A DNA stretch of 24,202 nt from a virus. Lineage: Duplodnaviria > Caudoviricetes. The position numbers and the translations under genes are program-made. Below, piece after piece: positions 17,295 through 24,202 of this stretch; position 1 is the stretch's first letter, and every line of letters starts with the position of its first letter. The stretch is taken from positions 1 through 24,202 of the IMG/VR virus record IMGVR_UViG_3300044657_000462; one strand, given 5' to 3'. The notes under the pieces were generated by a model. That model made no database searches and was not told where the DNA came from. It was given only the letters and a program-made list of their open reading frames with translations.

Positions 17295-17722
17295 AGCAAG
17301 GCGGCGGTAGGCAAAAAGGCGCGACGTTCGAACGTGATATTGCGCGCCAGTTGGACGCGGAACTAGGGATAGCGTTCCGGCGCGACCTTATACAATACCA
17401 AGAGCGCGGACGCGGCGACCTGGTACGCGTAGACGGTGAACCGTTCCCTTTCGTGATCGAGTGCAAACGATACGCAAAGGGGCCGATCCGCCCCGAGTGG
17501 TGGCGGCAGGCGTGTGACGCGGCACGAACGGCGGGCGCTATGCCCGCGCTAATATGCCGGTTTGATCGCGGTCCGGTGATCGTGCGAATACCATTCGCGG
17601 CGTTTGTAAGGATGGCGGAAGGTTGCGGCGCGTATGCGTGGGACAACTATTGCGAGTGCGATTTCAAGGCGTTTTGCATGGTCGCGAGGGAGGTATTGGC
17701 GGTGGAAAAGCAGGGTGCGTGA
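17291..17722 (+). CDS. Holliday junction resolvase-like PD-(D/E)XK nuclease (Hjc/T5 D14-like)
   Basis: 143 aa with GRQKGATFERDIA...GDL...FVIECKRY...WWRQA...PALICRFDR; ATGA overlap. Confidence 0.8.
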   Translation: MKQGGGRQKGATFERDIARQLDAELGIAFRRDLIQYQERGRGDLVRVDGEPFPFVIECKRYAKGPIRPEWWRQACDAARTAGAMPALICRFDRGPVIVRIPFAAFVRMAEGCGAYAWDNYCECDFKAFCMVAREVLAVEKQGA

Positions 17723-17754
17723 TGCACGGGAAAAGTGTGGGATTTTGGCGATGA

Positions 17755-17940
17755 CGGGCGGACACCAAAGCGGACGCGTCCTGTTTAGCGTGTCCCATGA
17801 CAGGACATGGCGGACATGTAATGTTTTCAATGGGTTAAGGGTGCATGTCCTGTTAGTGTCCTGTCCTGTTTCGGCATGAAATGGGACGTGTCCGCATGTC
17901 CCCCCCCCTTTAGGGGGGGACATGGGACAGGACATGCCCG
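17755..17940. repeat. Iteron cluster with hairpin: putative replication origin
   Basis: 12 GGACA/TGTCC pentamers in both orientations within ~175 bp. A 12-bp-stem hairpin CATGTCCCCCCC-CCTTTA-GGGGGGGACATG at 17895-17924 and an IHF-like TTTCAA-TGGG-TTA at 17825-17837. Confidence 0.65.
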
Positions 17941-18015
17941 GAAATCGTGTTTGGTTTTGAGCGGGAAAAAAGAGTTTGAAATGCGTCTTATTGAGAATTG
18001 CGGCAGGTCAAAAAC

Positions 18016-18618
18016 ATGACGAAAAAAACACGTTCAATGCGTCAAAAACACCCCGCGCCGGATCGTGGGATTTCGCGCGAACTCACGGCCAGTTATTCGC
18101 GGCAGTATGCGAAGGTGCAAAGCGCGATTGTGGACTATGACCGGGTGGCGTCGGAGTTCGAACGGAAATGGGGCATAGACCGCTTACCCGAATTGGTAGA
18201 CGCGGAATTGCGCGAACGGTTCTGGCAAACCGTCTACCGCCTCAACGTGGCGATAGATAAAAACGATCCGGACGAGGTGCGGCGACACGGTGACGCTGCC
18301 GCGCGTGGTTGGTATGCCCTAGATCGCGCAGCAAGCGCCGCTGGCGCGCTTCCGCCGTCCGGCGAGGGGTATGACGCCCGAATTGACGAAACGCGCGTCC
18401 TGCGCGTTTGTAGGACGATACAGGACGCATGCGTTTCACAGCGCGAACGCCCGGACGTGGTCGCGGTATCGGTTGAGGAAATCGCGCGGATTTGGAAGAT
18501 ATGGGACGAACGCGATATCGTCGCGATGGCAAAACAGGCTTTCCCTGGCGCGGAAATCTTGGAAGCGCGGGTAAAATCGGACGGAAAGGGGGTATTGAAT
18601 GACGAAATTCCATTCTGA
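18016..18618 (+). CDS. Hypothetical phage protein with SSB-like C-terminal tail (DEIPF)
   Basis: 200 aa from ATG 18016 (ORF track starts at TTG 17998); contains FERKWGIDRLPELV and ends LNDEIPF. Confidence 0.75.
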   Translation: MTKKTRSMRQKHPAPDRGISRELTASYSRQYAKVQSAIVDYDRVASEFERKWGIDRLPELVDAELRERFWQTVYRLNVAIDKNDPDEVRRHGDAAARGWYALDRAASAAGALPPSGEGYDARIDETRVLRVCRTIQDACVSQRERPDVVAVSVEEIARIWKIWDERDIVAMAKQAFPGAEILEARVKSDGKGVLNDEIPF

Positions 18619-19282
18619 CGTGCCGGAAATTAAGCGCCAATGGTCTATCCTGCCGGTTCGCGCGTTGCTGGATCGTAACTTAACGCCAGTCGAGTTCCGC
18701 ACATTGGCGGCGCTTTGCGTTTATACCAATTCGCATGGCGTATGTTGGCCGGGCGTAGAAACGCTCTCGCAGATTGTCGGATCGGATAAGGCGGTAATAT
18801 CGCGGACGGTGACGAAATTGGTTCGCAAGGGATACGCGCGGAAATTGCGCCCGGCGGACTATCAGATGGAATACGCCAAGTTCGGCAAGATAAACCGTTA
18901 TCAAGTGTTGTATGAGCCGGACGCGCCCATGCCATCGTGGGAAGAGGTCAAATCGTCAATCGTACTCGCGCCGGTATCAGACGCCCCGGCGGATCAAGTA
19001 AAGGATATGGGGTCCGGGGTATCGGACGTTCTCGTCTCTCTCTCTCACTCTCTCACACACGCATATCTTCGCGCCGTTCAGCGCCGGACCGGCCAGACGC
19101 GGCGGTTCGATAACGAAGTGAACCACGCCCGGCGGCTGGCGGAGCAAGGCGCGACGGTAGAGCAGGTGACGGCCGCGACCGAGGCGCTTTGCCTTGCCTA
19201 TCTGGCGGAAAGGCGCGGTATCCCTAGCCTTGCGGACGTAGCGCGACAGGGCGTTACAGAAACAAACGAGCGTTTGCCATGA
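18599..19282 (+). CDS. Helix-turn-helix protein (HTH_36/replication-initiator-like N-terminus)
   Basis: 227 aa; LLDRNLTPVEFRTLAALCVYTN..GVCWPGVETLSQIVG....ISRTVTKLVRKGY is a winged-HTH pattern. Confidence 0.75.
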   Translation: MTKFHSDVPEIKRQWSILPVRALLDRNLTPVEFRTLAALCVYTNSHGVCWPGVETLSQIVGSDKAVISRTVTKLVRKGYARKLRPADYQMEYAKFGKINRYQVLYEPDAPMPSWEEVKSSIVLAPVSDAPADQVKDMGSGVSDVLVSLSHSLTHAYLRAVQRRTGQTRRFDNEVNHARRLAEQGATVEQVTAATEALCLAYLAERRGIPSLADVARQGVTETNERLP

Positions 19283-19446
19283 TACACCGCGCGGCAGAAC
19301 GGCAGGGGCCGGGCTTTCCGGTTTCCGGCGCTGGCGCGAGAGGCACCCCTTGCCCCCCCGCCCCTGTCTGTATCTATATGGGGGTATCGCTCAAAATTTT
19401 CCCACGAAACCACTGTAAATCGTTATCGCAAAAGGAGAATCACGAA

Positions 19447-20058
19447 ATGAAGAAACCACGAAAAGTCTACGGCGTCGGCATAAACGACGCGAATTATGCC
19501 GTATCTCCCAAAGGCGCGGACGGCAAGCGGCTACCTTGCCCGTACTATGTCGCGTGGAAACGCATGCTCGAACGCGCCTACTGCCCAAAGTTCCTCGCCC
19601 GCAACCCCACCTACACAGGCGTCACGGTTTGCAAGGAATGGCACTCGTTCATGGCGTTCCGCGCCTGGATGGAGGAGCAGGACTGGCAGGGGCGGCAGCT
19701 CGATAAGGACATCATCGCGCCGGGGAACAAGGCATACTCGCCCGACACATGCGTCTTCGTGCCACAAGCGCTTAACTTGTTGCTCACCGACCACGCCGCC
19801 GCCCGTGGCGAATGGCCGATTGGGGTGAGTTGGAATAAGGCGTCTAATAAATTCTGCGGCTATATCAAAGAAGGAGGGGAAAAGCGACACCTCGGCTACT
19901 TCACCTGCCCGCACGAGGCGCACATGGTATGGCGCAAAGCGAAAGTGCGACTTATTCGCGGTGCCGCCCGCGAACAGGACGACCCGCGTGTTTACGCTGG
20001 TTTGATGCGCCACGCGGCGCGAATTGAGGGTGGCGAATTTTTGGAGGACGCGGCATGA
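19447..20058 (+). CDS. HNH-type (homing) endonuclease with AP2-like C-terminal domain
   Basis: 203 aa from ATG 19447 after AAGGAG. Motifs VYGVGIND, WKRMLER, VTVCKEWHSF, QLDKDII.PGNK.YSPDTCVFVP..LN, PIGVSW and HLGYF...EAH. Confidence 0.8.
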   Translation: MKKPRKVYGVGINDANYAVSPKGADGKRLPCPYYVAWKRMLERAYCPKFLARNPTYTGVTVCKEWHSFMAFRAWMEEQDWQGRQLDKDIIAPGNKAYSPDTCVFVPQALNLLLTDHAAARGEWPIGVSWNKASNKFCGYIKEGGEKRHLGYFTCPHEAHMVWRKAKVRLIRGAAREQDDPRVYAGLMRHAARIEGGEFLEDAA

Positions 20059-20354
20059 GTTGGGTAAAGATCGCTGAGAAGTCCCCTGCGACGGGGCAGA
20101 ACTGGATTGTCACAATGACGCATGAGAAGTTGAATTTGCTCAACCTCATGCCGACACCGCAGATTGTGTCTGGTTTGCATAAGCGTAACGAGATGCGCGA
20201 ATTGCGCCAGTTGTTCACCCGCGCGGTGAACAATAGCGCCATCGCGTTAGAGGGTGTTCGCCTGCTGTCCGATAGGGACCGCGTTTTTTTGGCGACACGT
20301 CGGGTCGCGCCTGATTGGTACGACCTATTGGTAAAAGAGCGAAACTGTAAATGA
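20055..20354 (+). CDS. Hypothetical protein (99 aa)
   Basis: GGAGG RBS and ATGA overlap with the nuclease gene; fills the gap to the next gene. Confidence 0.6.
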   Translation: MSWVKIAEKSPATGQNWIVTMTHEKLNLLNLMPTPQIVSGLHKRNEMRELRQLFTRAVNNSAIALEGVRLLSDRDRVFLATRRVAPDWYDLLVKERNCK

Positions 20355-20367
20355 AAGGAAAGACGTT

Positions 20368-20991
20368 ATGGCTCTTGGTTTGAACGTAGATAGCAAGTCT
20401 TCTGGCGACATTTTGCCGATTCTGAAGTTCGACGCGAAGGCGGGTGACTTCATCCGGCAGGACCGTTTTCAGGACGCGAGTGGTGCATGGACGAAAAGCG
20501 AGGAGGAAGTGAAGCTGCCTCTGAAGTTCGCGGCTGATTTCGAGAACATGGAGGTCGGCTGGCTGTCTTTCGCGTCTGGTCATCCCGATTTCGCGATGAC
20601 TCGCGTTGGTGGCGAGATGCCTGATCGCCCGTCGGCGGATCACAAGCAGGCGTTTCGTATTCGTCTGACGAACAACGATCTGGGTCTGCGGGAATTGTCC
20701 GGCAGCAGCAAGACGCTGCTTCGGGCGATGGATCGACTGCATGATGAGTATGTGTCGCAGTCTGCCGCCAATCCGGGCAAGTATGCTGTCGTTGAGGTGA
20801 CTGAACTTGAGACGACGAAGGTGAACACGCCGCAGGGCGAGTTGCGTTTCAAGTCGCCGGTATGGCATATCGCGTCATGGATGGATGCGCCGAAAGCGTT
20901 CCAGAACAATGTTGAACCGGAACCTGCGCCGTATAGCGGTGAACCTGCGATGCCGGAAGGGGGTAGTGCAGACGACGCAGATTTGTTTTAG
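20368..20991 (+). CDS. Putative ssDNA-binding protein
   Basis: 207 aa; beta-rich core, Pro/acidic linker and C-terminal DDADLF. Immediately upstream of the primase-helicase; AAGGA RBS. Confidence 0.55.
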   Translation: MALGLNVDSKSSGDILPILKFDAKAGDFIRQDRFQDASGAWTKSEEEVKLPLKFAADFENMEVGWLSFASGHPDFAMTRVGGEMPDRPSADHKQAFRIRLTNNDLGLRELSGSSKTLLRAMDRLHDEYVSQSAANPGKYAVVEVTELETTKVNTPQGELRFKSPVWHIASWMDAPKAFQNNVEPEPAPYSGEPAMPEGGSADDADLF

Positions 20992-21000
20992 GGCATGACT

Positions 21001-21027
21001 GGCGGCGGGGTACAACGCCCCGCCGTC
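21001..21027 (+). terminator. GC-rich hairpin between the SSB-like and primase genes (weak terminator or processing site)
   Basis: GGCGGCGGGG-TACAACG-CCCCGCCGTC, a 10-bp stem with one G-U pair, followed only by GTTT. Confidence 0.4.
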
Positions 21028-21046
21028 GTTTCCAGGAGAAGAATGA

Positions 21047-22903
21047 ATGAACACGAATATAGCCACATACATGGAGGAGATCGCGCGTCACTATTGGGGC
21101 GAGCCTAATCCGAAAGCGCGAGGACAAAAGCTGCGTTGGGGTACTCACAATGGGCGTGAGGTCGATCTACGCAAGGGCGTCTGGTTTGACTACGAATTGA
21201 ACAAGGGCGGTGGCGTGATTGATATGGTGCGCCATCATGAGGGTGCGTCGTTAAAGCCCATTCACGAAATTTTGGAACACAAATTCGGGATAACGCGAGA
21301 GGTTGAGGAGCGCATCCGCCCGAAAGAATGGCTGTCGAAGGTCTATGAGTATTATGACGAGGACGGCGTTCTGTCGTATCAGGTGCTTCGTTATGAGCCG
21401 AAGCGTTTTATCCAGCGGCATCCTGACGATAAGGGTGGCTGGGTATGGAATATGGATGGCGTCACGCCATTGCCGTACAACCTTCCGCTTATCGTTGGTC
21501 AGCCCAACCGCCCGATACTGGTCGTTGAGGGGGAGAAGTGTGCTGACGCGCTGGCGCAGGCAGGCTTTCTCGCGACGACGAGTCATGGCGGTGCGCGAAA
21601 GTGGCGCGAGGACTTGAATCGCTGGTTCGACGGTCGCGCCGTTGTGATGATCGCTGATAATGACGAAGCGGGCGAGGCGCACATGGATATGGTCGCGCAG
21701 AACCTGAACGGTGTCGCCAATCGCATGAAGCGCGTCGTGTTACCGAACCTTGCGCCGAAGGGCGATGTCGCGGATTGGCTTGCCGCGAATGGCAATGACG
21801 CGGAGCGGTTGAAGCACATCATGCGCTCTACGCCGTTGTATGAAGTGCCTGATGATCTACCGGAAGTTGAGCAGTCGGTGGATGAGGTGGAGGAAGAACA
21901 GGCGGACACGTTCGAGATATACACGCTGGCGCACTTGCGTCGTATGCCGCCGGTCGAGTGGTTGATCGACGGGATGCTGACGAAGCACGGGTTCAGTGTG
22001 CTGTACGGTGAGCCGGGTGCGGGTAAGTCGTTTCTTGCGCTGGATTGGGCGCTGTCTATCGCGCATGGTCGTGCGTGGCAGGGGCGTCATAACGTGACGG
22101 CTGGCAGCGTATTGTACATCGCTGGTGAGGGTGTCGGCGGATTGGGCAAGCGCATCAAGGGTTGGGAGTTCCATCACGAACTGCCCGGTGTGGATTGTCC
22201 GTTTTATGTTCTGCCGACGGCGGTACGTTTCCGCGAGCATGGCGATATTGAGAAGCTGATGCGGACGATTGATTCGCTGGGCCAGCGGTTCTCGCTGATC
22301 GTGATTGATACGGTCGCCCGTGCGCTTTTGGGCGGTGATGAGAACAGCGCGACGGACATGGGGTTGTTTGTCGATGCGTGTGACGCGATCAAGCGTCATG
22401 CCGGTTGCGCTGTACTGGCGGTTCACCATTCGGGCAAAGATGCGGCTCGCGGTATGCGTGGCAGCACGTCGCTGCTTGGCGGCGTGGACGCATCGCTTCG
22501 TGCCATGCAGGACGACGGCCTGATGACGATCCAGGTGGAGAAGCAAAAGGACGCGGAGCCTGCTGGCGATATAAACTTGCGTATGGTTAGCGTCGGGCTG
22601 ATAGGCGATCAGACGGTCGTGTTGCATGAGACGGACGAGCAGGGTACGCCGAAGCAACGGCGTGAGCGCTTGACCGGGCCGCAGAAGATAGCGTTGCAGG
22701 CGTTGACGAATCTTGCCGCGACGAAAGGGCCGAAGGTTTCGGTCGCGTCGTGGCATGAGGAACACAACGACAAGACGCCATCCGCGACACGGCAGTCACG
22801 CAATCGTGCGCGTGACGCTTTGCAGAACAAGGGCATCGTCGTGATCGACAAGGGGTTTGCGTGGGTGGACAACAGCGTACTGAAGGGGGATGACGGTGAA
22901 TGA
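21047..22903 (+). CDS. Primase-helicase (TOPRIM plus RecA-like AAA_25/RepA helicase)
   Basis: 618 aa. TOPRIM motifs VEGEKCAD, ADNDEAG and KGDVADW; Walker A GEPGAGKS, Walker B LIVIDT, VHHSGK and RGSTSL; short basic wHTH-like C-terminus. Confidence 0.93.
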   Translation: MNTNIATYMEEIARHYWGEPNPKARGQKLRWGTHNGREVDLRKGVWFDYELNKGGGVIDMVRHHEGASLKPIHEILEHKFGITREVEERIRPKEWLSKVYEYYDEDGVLSYQVLRYEPKRFIQRHPDDKGGWVWNMDGVTPLPYNLPLIVGQPNRPILVVEGEKCADALAQAGFLATTSHGGARKWREDLNRWFDGRAVVMIADNDEAGEAHMDMVAQNLNGVANRMKRVVLPNLAPKGDVADWLAANGNDAERLKHIMRSTPLYEVPDDLPEVEQSVDEVEEEQADTFEIYTLAHLRRMPPVEWLIDGMLTKHGFSVLYGEPGAGKSFLALDWALSIAHGRAWQGRHNVTAGSVLYIAGEGVGGLGKRIKGWEFHHELPGVDCPFYVLPTAVRFREHGDIEKLMRTIDSLGQRFSLIVIDTVARALLGGDENSATDMGLFVDACDAIKRHAGCAVLAVHHSGKDAARGMRGSTSLLGGVDASLRAMQDDGLMTIQVEKQKDAEPAGDINLRMVSVGLIGDQTVVLHETDEQGTPKQRRERLTGPQKIALQALTNLAATKGPKVSVASWHEEHNDKTPSATRQSRNRARDALQNKGIVVIDKGFAWVDNSVLKGDDGE

Positions 22904-23741
22904 GCAAGAAACCATCAACGTACTCGACCTTTTCAGCGGCATCGGAGGGTTCAGCCTCGGACTTGAACGAGCCGGACCTTTTCGGACAGTTGCCTTTTGT
23001 GAACAAGACGCCTTCTGCCAAGCCGTCCTCCGAAAGCACTGGCCCAATGTCTCAATCTACGATGATGTCAGAACCATCAACGCAGATGGATATCGAGGAA
23101 TTGACATCCTCTGCGGCGGGTTCCCTTGCCAGCCTTGGAGCGTCGCCGGGCAGCAGCGAGGCGCAGAAGATGACCGTGACCTCTGGCCGGTCATGGCTTC
23201 CCTTATTGAAGACATACGGCCTCGGTGGGTCATTGGCGAAAACGTGCGAGGCTTTATTAACGAAGCACTGGGCCTCCAACGCAGCCTTTCTGACTTGGAA
23301 AGCCTCGGCTACAGCGCCGTCCCATTTGTTATTCCAGCTTGCGCCGTCGATGCCCCGCACCGACGCGACAGAGTCTGGATTGTGGCCCACGCGGCGCAGT
23401 TGCAGCGCGATGGCTACGGAGAGCATTCAAAACCGCGTGAACGACAAGTTCCTGAATTTGGAAAGCGTGGTGGCGCGGGCGATGTGGCCGACGCCAACGA
23501 CAAGGGATCACAAGGGCGGGCGAAAGCCGGAAACGCTGACAGCAAGCGGACGCGGGGAGACGAACGGCTTAAACGATGCGGTGACCGTGAGGGACCAGCA
23601 TGGATCCCTGAACCCGACGTGGGTCGAGTGGCTAATGGGGTTCCCCGAAGGGTGGACCGACTTAAAGCCCTCGGAAATGCAGTCGTCCCGCAAGTCGTTG
23701 AGCAAATCGGAAAAGCAATCCTCGCAGGAGAAAACAGATGA
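22890..23741 (+). CDS. C5 cytosine DNA methyltransferase, catalytic chain
   Basis: Motif I DLFSGIGG, IV GGFPCQ, VI GENV, VIII HRRDRVWIVA and X LKALGNAVVPQV; no recognisable motif IX. Start is ATG 22890 or GTG 22896. Confidence 0.92.
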   Translation: MTVNEQETINVLDLFSGIGGFSLGLERAGPFRTVAFCEQDAFCQAVLRKHWPNVSIYDDVRTINADGYRGIDILCGGFPCQPWSVAGQQRGAEDDRDLWPVMASLIEDIRPRWVIGENVRGFINEALGLQRSLSDLESLGYSAVPFVIPACAVDAPHRRDRVWIVAHAAQLQRDGYGEHSKPRERQVPEFGKRGGAGDVADANDKGSQGRAKAGNADSKRTRGDERLKRCGDREGPAWIPEPDVGRVANGVPRRVDRLKALGNAVVPQVVEQIGKAILAGENR

Positions 23742-23748
23742 GGTGTAA
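22900..23748 (+). CDS. Overlapping +1-frame ORF: putative second methyltransferase chain (TRD plus motif IX)
   Basis: 282 aa open frame whose ATG overlaps the primase stop (ATGA). Carries LWPT and MWPTPTTRDHKG repeats and LNPTWVEWLMGFPEGWT, which resembles motif IX (consensus like RxLTxRExARLQGFP). Confidence 0.7.
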   Translation: MSKKPSTYSTFSAASEGSASDLNEPDLFGQLPFVNKTPSAKPSSESTGPMSQSTMMSEPSTQMDIEELTSSAAGSLASLGASPGSSEAQKMTVTSGRSWLPLLKTYGLGGSLAKTCEALLTKHWASNAAFLTWKASATAPSHLLFQLAPSMPRTDATESGLWPTRRSCSAMATESIQNRVNDKFLNLESVVARAMWPTPTTRDHKGGRKPETLTASGRGETNGLNDAVTVRDQHGSLNPTWVEWLMGFPEGWTDLKPSEMQSSRKSLSKSEKQSSQEKTDEV

Positions 23749-23884
23749 GGAATGCAACGGCGACGGCGAAGTCGAGCGCGAATATACGGTCGGCGGCTAT
23801 GACGGCGGACCGTGGATGGAATATCGCGTGAGATGGGTCGAGTGTGAAACGTGCAATGGAATAGGAGAGGTGGAAGATGAATAG
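23738..23884 (+). CDS. 48-aa DnaJ-type zinc-finger mini-protein
   Basis: MRCKECNGDGEV...VECETCNGIGEVEDE has two CxxCxGxG motifs. AGGAG RBS and ATGA overlap with the MTase stop; missing from the ORF track. Confidence 0.8.
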   Translation: MRCKECNGDGEVEREYTVGGYDGGPWMEYRVRWVECETCNGIGEVEDE

Positions 23885-24137
23885 GACTGAACTGCTGGAA
23901 AACGTCACCGTCGCGCTGTCTGATCGCGGCAGTGCGTATGGCGATGCGTCGGATAACTTCCAGCGCATCGCGGATATGTGGTCTGTTATACTGAGCCGCC
24001 GCGTAACAGTGAAAGAGGTCGCGCTTTGCATGTCAGCAGTTAAGATGGCAAGATTAGTCGAAACGCCAGATCACGCCGATAGTTGGATCGACCTGGCTGG
24101 GTATGCGGCGTTGGGAGTTGAAGTGCATGACCGATAA
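23877..24137 (+). CDS. DUF6378-like small phage protein
   Basis: 86 aa with DRGSAYGD..DNFQRIADMWS, VALCM..VKMARL and HADSWIDLAGYAALG. Confidence 0.85.
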   Translation: MNRTELLENVTVALSDRGSAYGDASDNFQRIADMWSVILSRRVTVKEVALCMSAVKMARLVETPDHADSWIDLAGYAALGVEVHDR

Positions 24138-24202
24138 AAAGCTGACCGTCCGCGAGGCGCGAGCGGCTTTAGCGGCTGACGACGAGGACCGAAAACGCGC
24201 TG
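24127..24202 (+). CDS. 5' fragment of the next gene (MTDKKLTVREARAALAADDEDRKRA...), possibly a small terminase
   Basis: ATG 24127 after GGAG; the frame stays open to the window end. The product guess rests on position only. Confidence 0.45.
   Translation, partial: MTDKKLTVREARAALAADDEDRKRA

Noticed and set aside
17723-17788. Short frame (CTGKVWDFGDDGRTPKRTRPV) resembling a primase C-terminal remnant before the origin
   Set aside because: The resemblance is only a few residues and cannot be supported without alignments.
17755-17940. CRISPR-like array or coding region (ORFs 17549-17935 and 17634-17879)
   Set aside because: The repeats are 5-7 nt in mixed orientation without regular spacers, and the ORFs are low-complexity translations of the iterons.
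19279-19446. N-terminal extension of the HNH ORF (259-aa version)
   Set aside because: Pro/Gly-rich translation of G/C tracts; a strong AAGGAG precedes ATG 19447, where the family motif begins.
21857-22765. 302-aa minus-strand ORF
   Set aside because: Antisense to the helicase domain; Arg/His/Gln-rich composition typical of a shadow frame.
1-24202. tRNA, rRNA, IS element or att site
   Set aside because: No cloverleaf, rRNA-like sequence, transposase or host-phage junction was recognised.

Overview
The whole window is part of a tailed dsDNA phage genome with a short-tail (podovirus-type) virion module. The likely host is a marine or aquatic alphaproteobacterium, which is an inference from the gene families only. 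From left to right it holds: (1) late genes on the + strand, namely a tail nozzle/stabilisation protein (5'-truncated), four internal virion/ejection proteins, two tail fibre/receptor-binding proteins, a fibre chaperone, a lysis cassette with several membrane genes and a GH24 lysozyme, and a PD-(D/E)XK nuclease; (2) a leftward early operon (16969->14243) with an acidic Ocr-like protein, several tiny ORFs, a serine recombinase and a YqaJ exonuclease; (3) a divergent promoter region followed by rightward control/replication genes, namely an RHH regulator, a Hjc/D14-like nuclease, an iteron-rich putative origin, an HTH protein, an HNH-type nuclease, an SSB-like protein, a TOPRIM-AAA primase-helicase, a C5 cytosine methyltransferase with a fully overlapping second-frame ORF, a DnaJ-type Zn-finger mini-protein and DUF6378. 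The most interesting signals are the dual-frame split methyltransferase, the Ocr-like CxxC protein inside a ~4.8 kb GANTC-free stretch, a lone Cys pair at the junction of two ejection-protein genes, and repeated leader sequences in the early operon. All family calls come from motif recognition by eye; no database searches were run.
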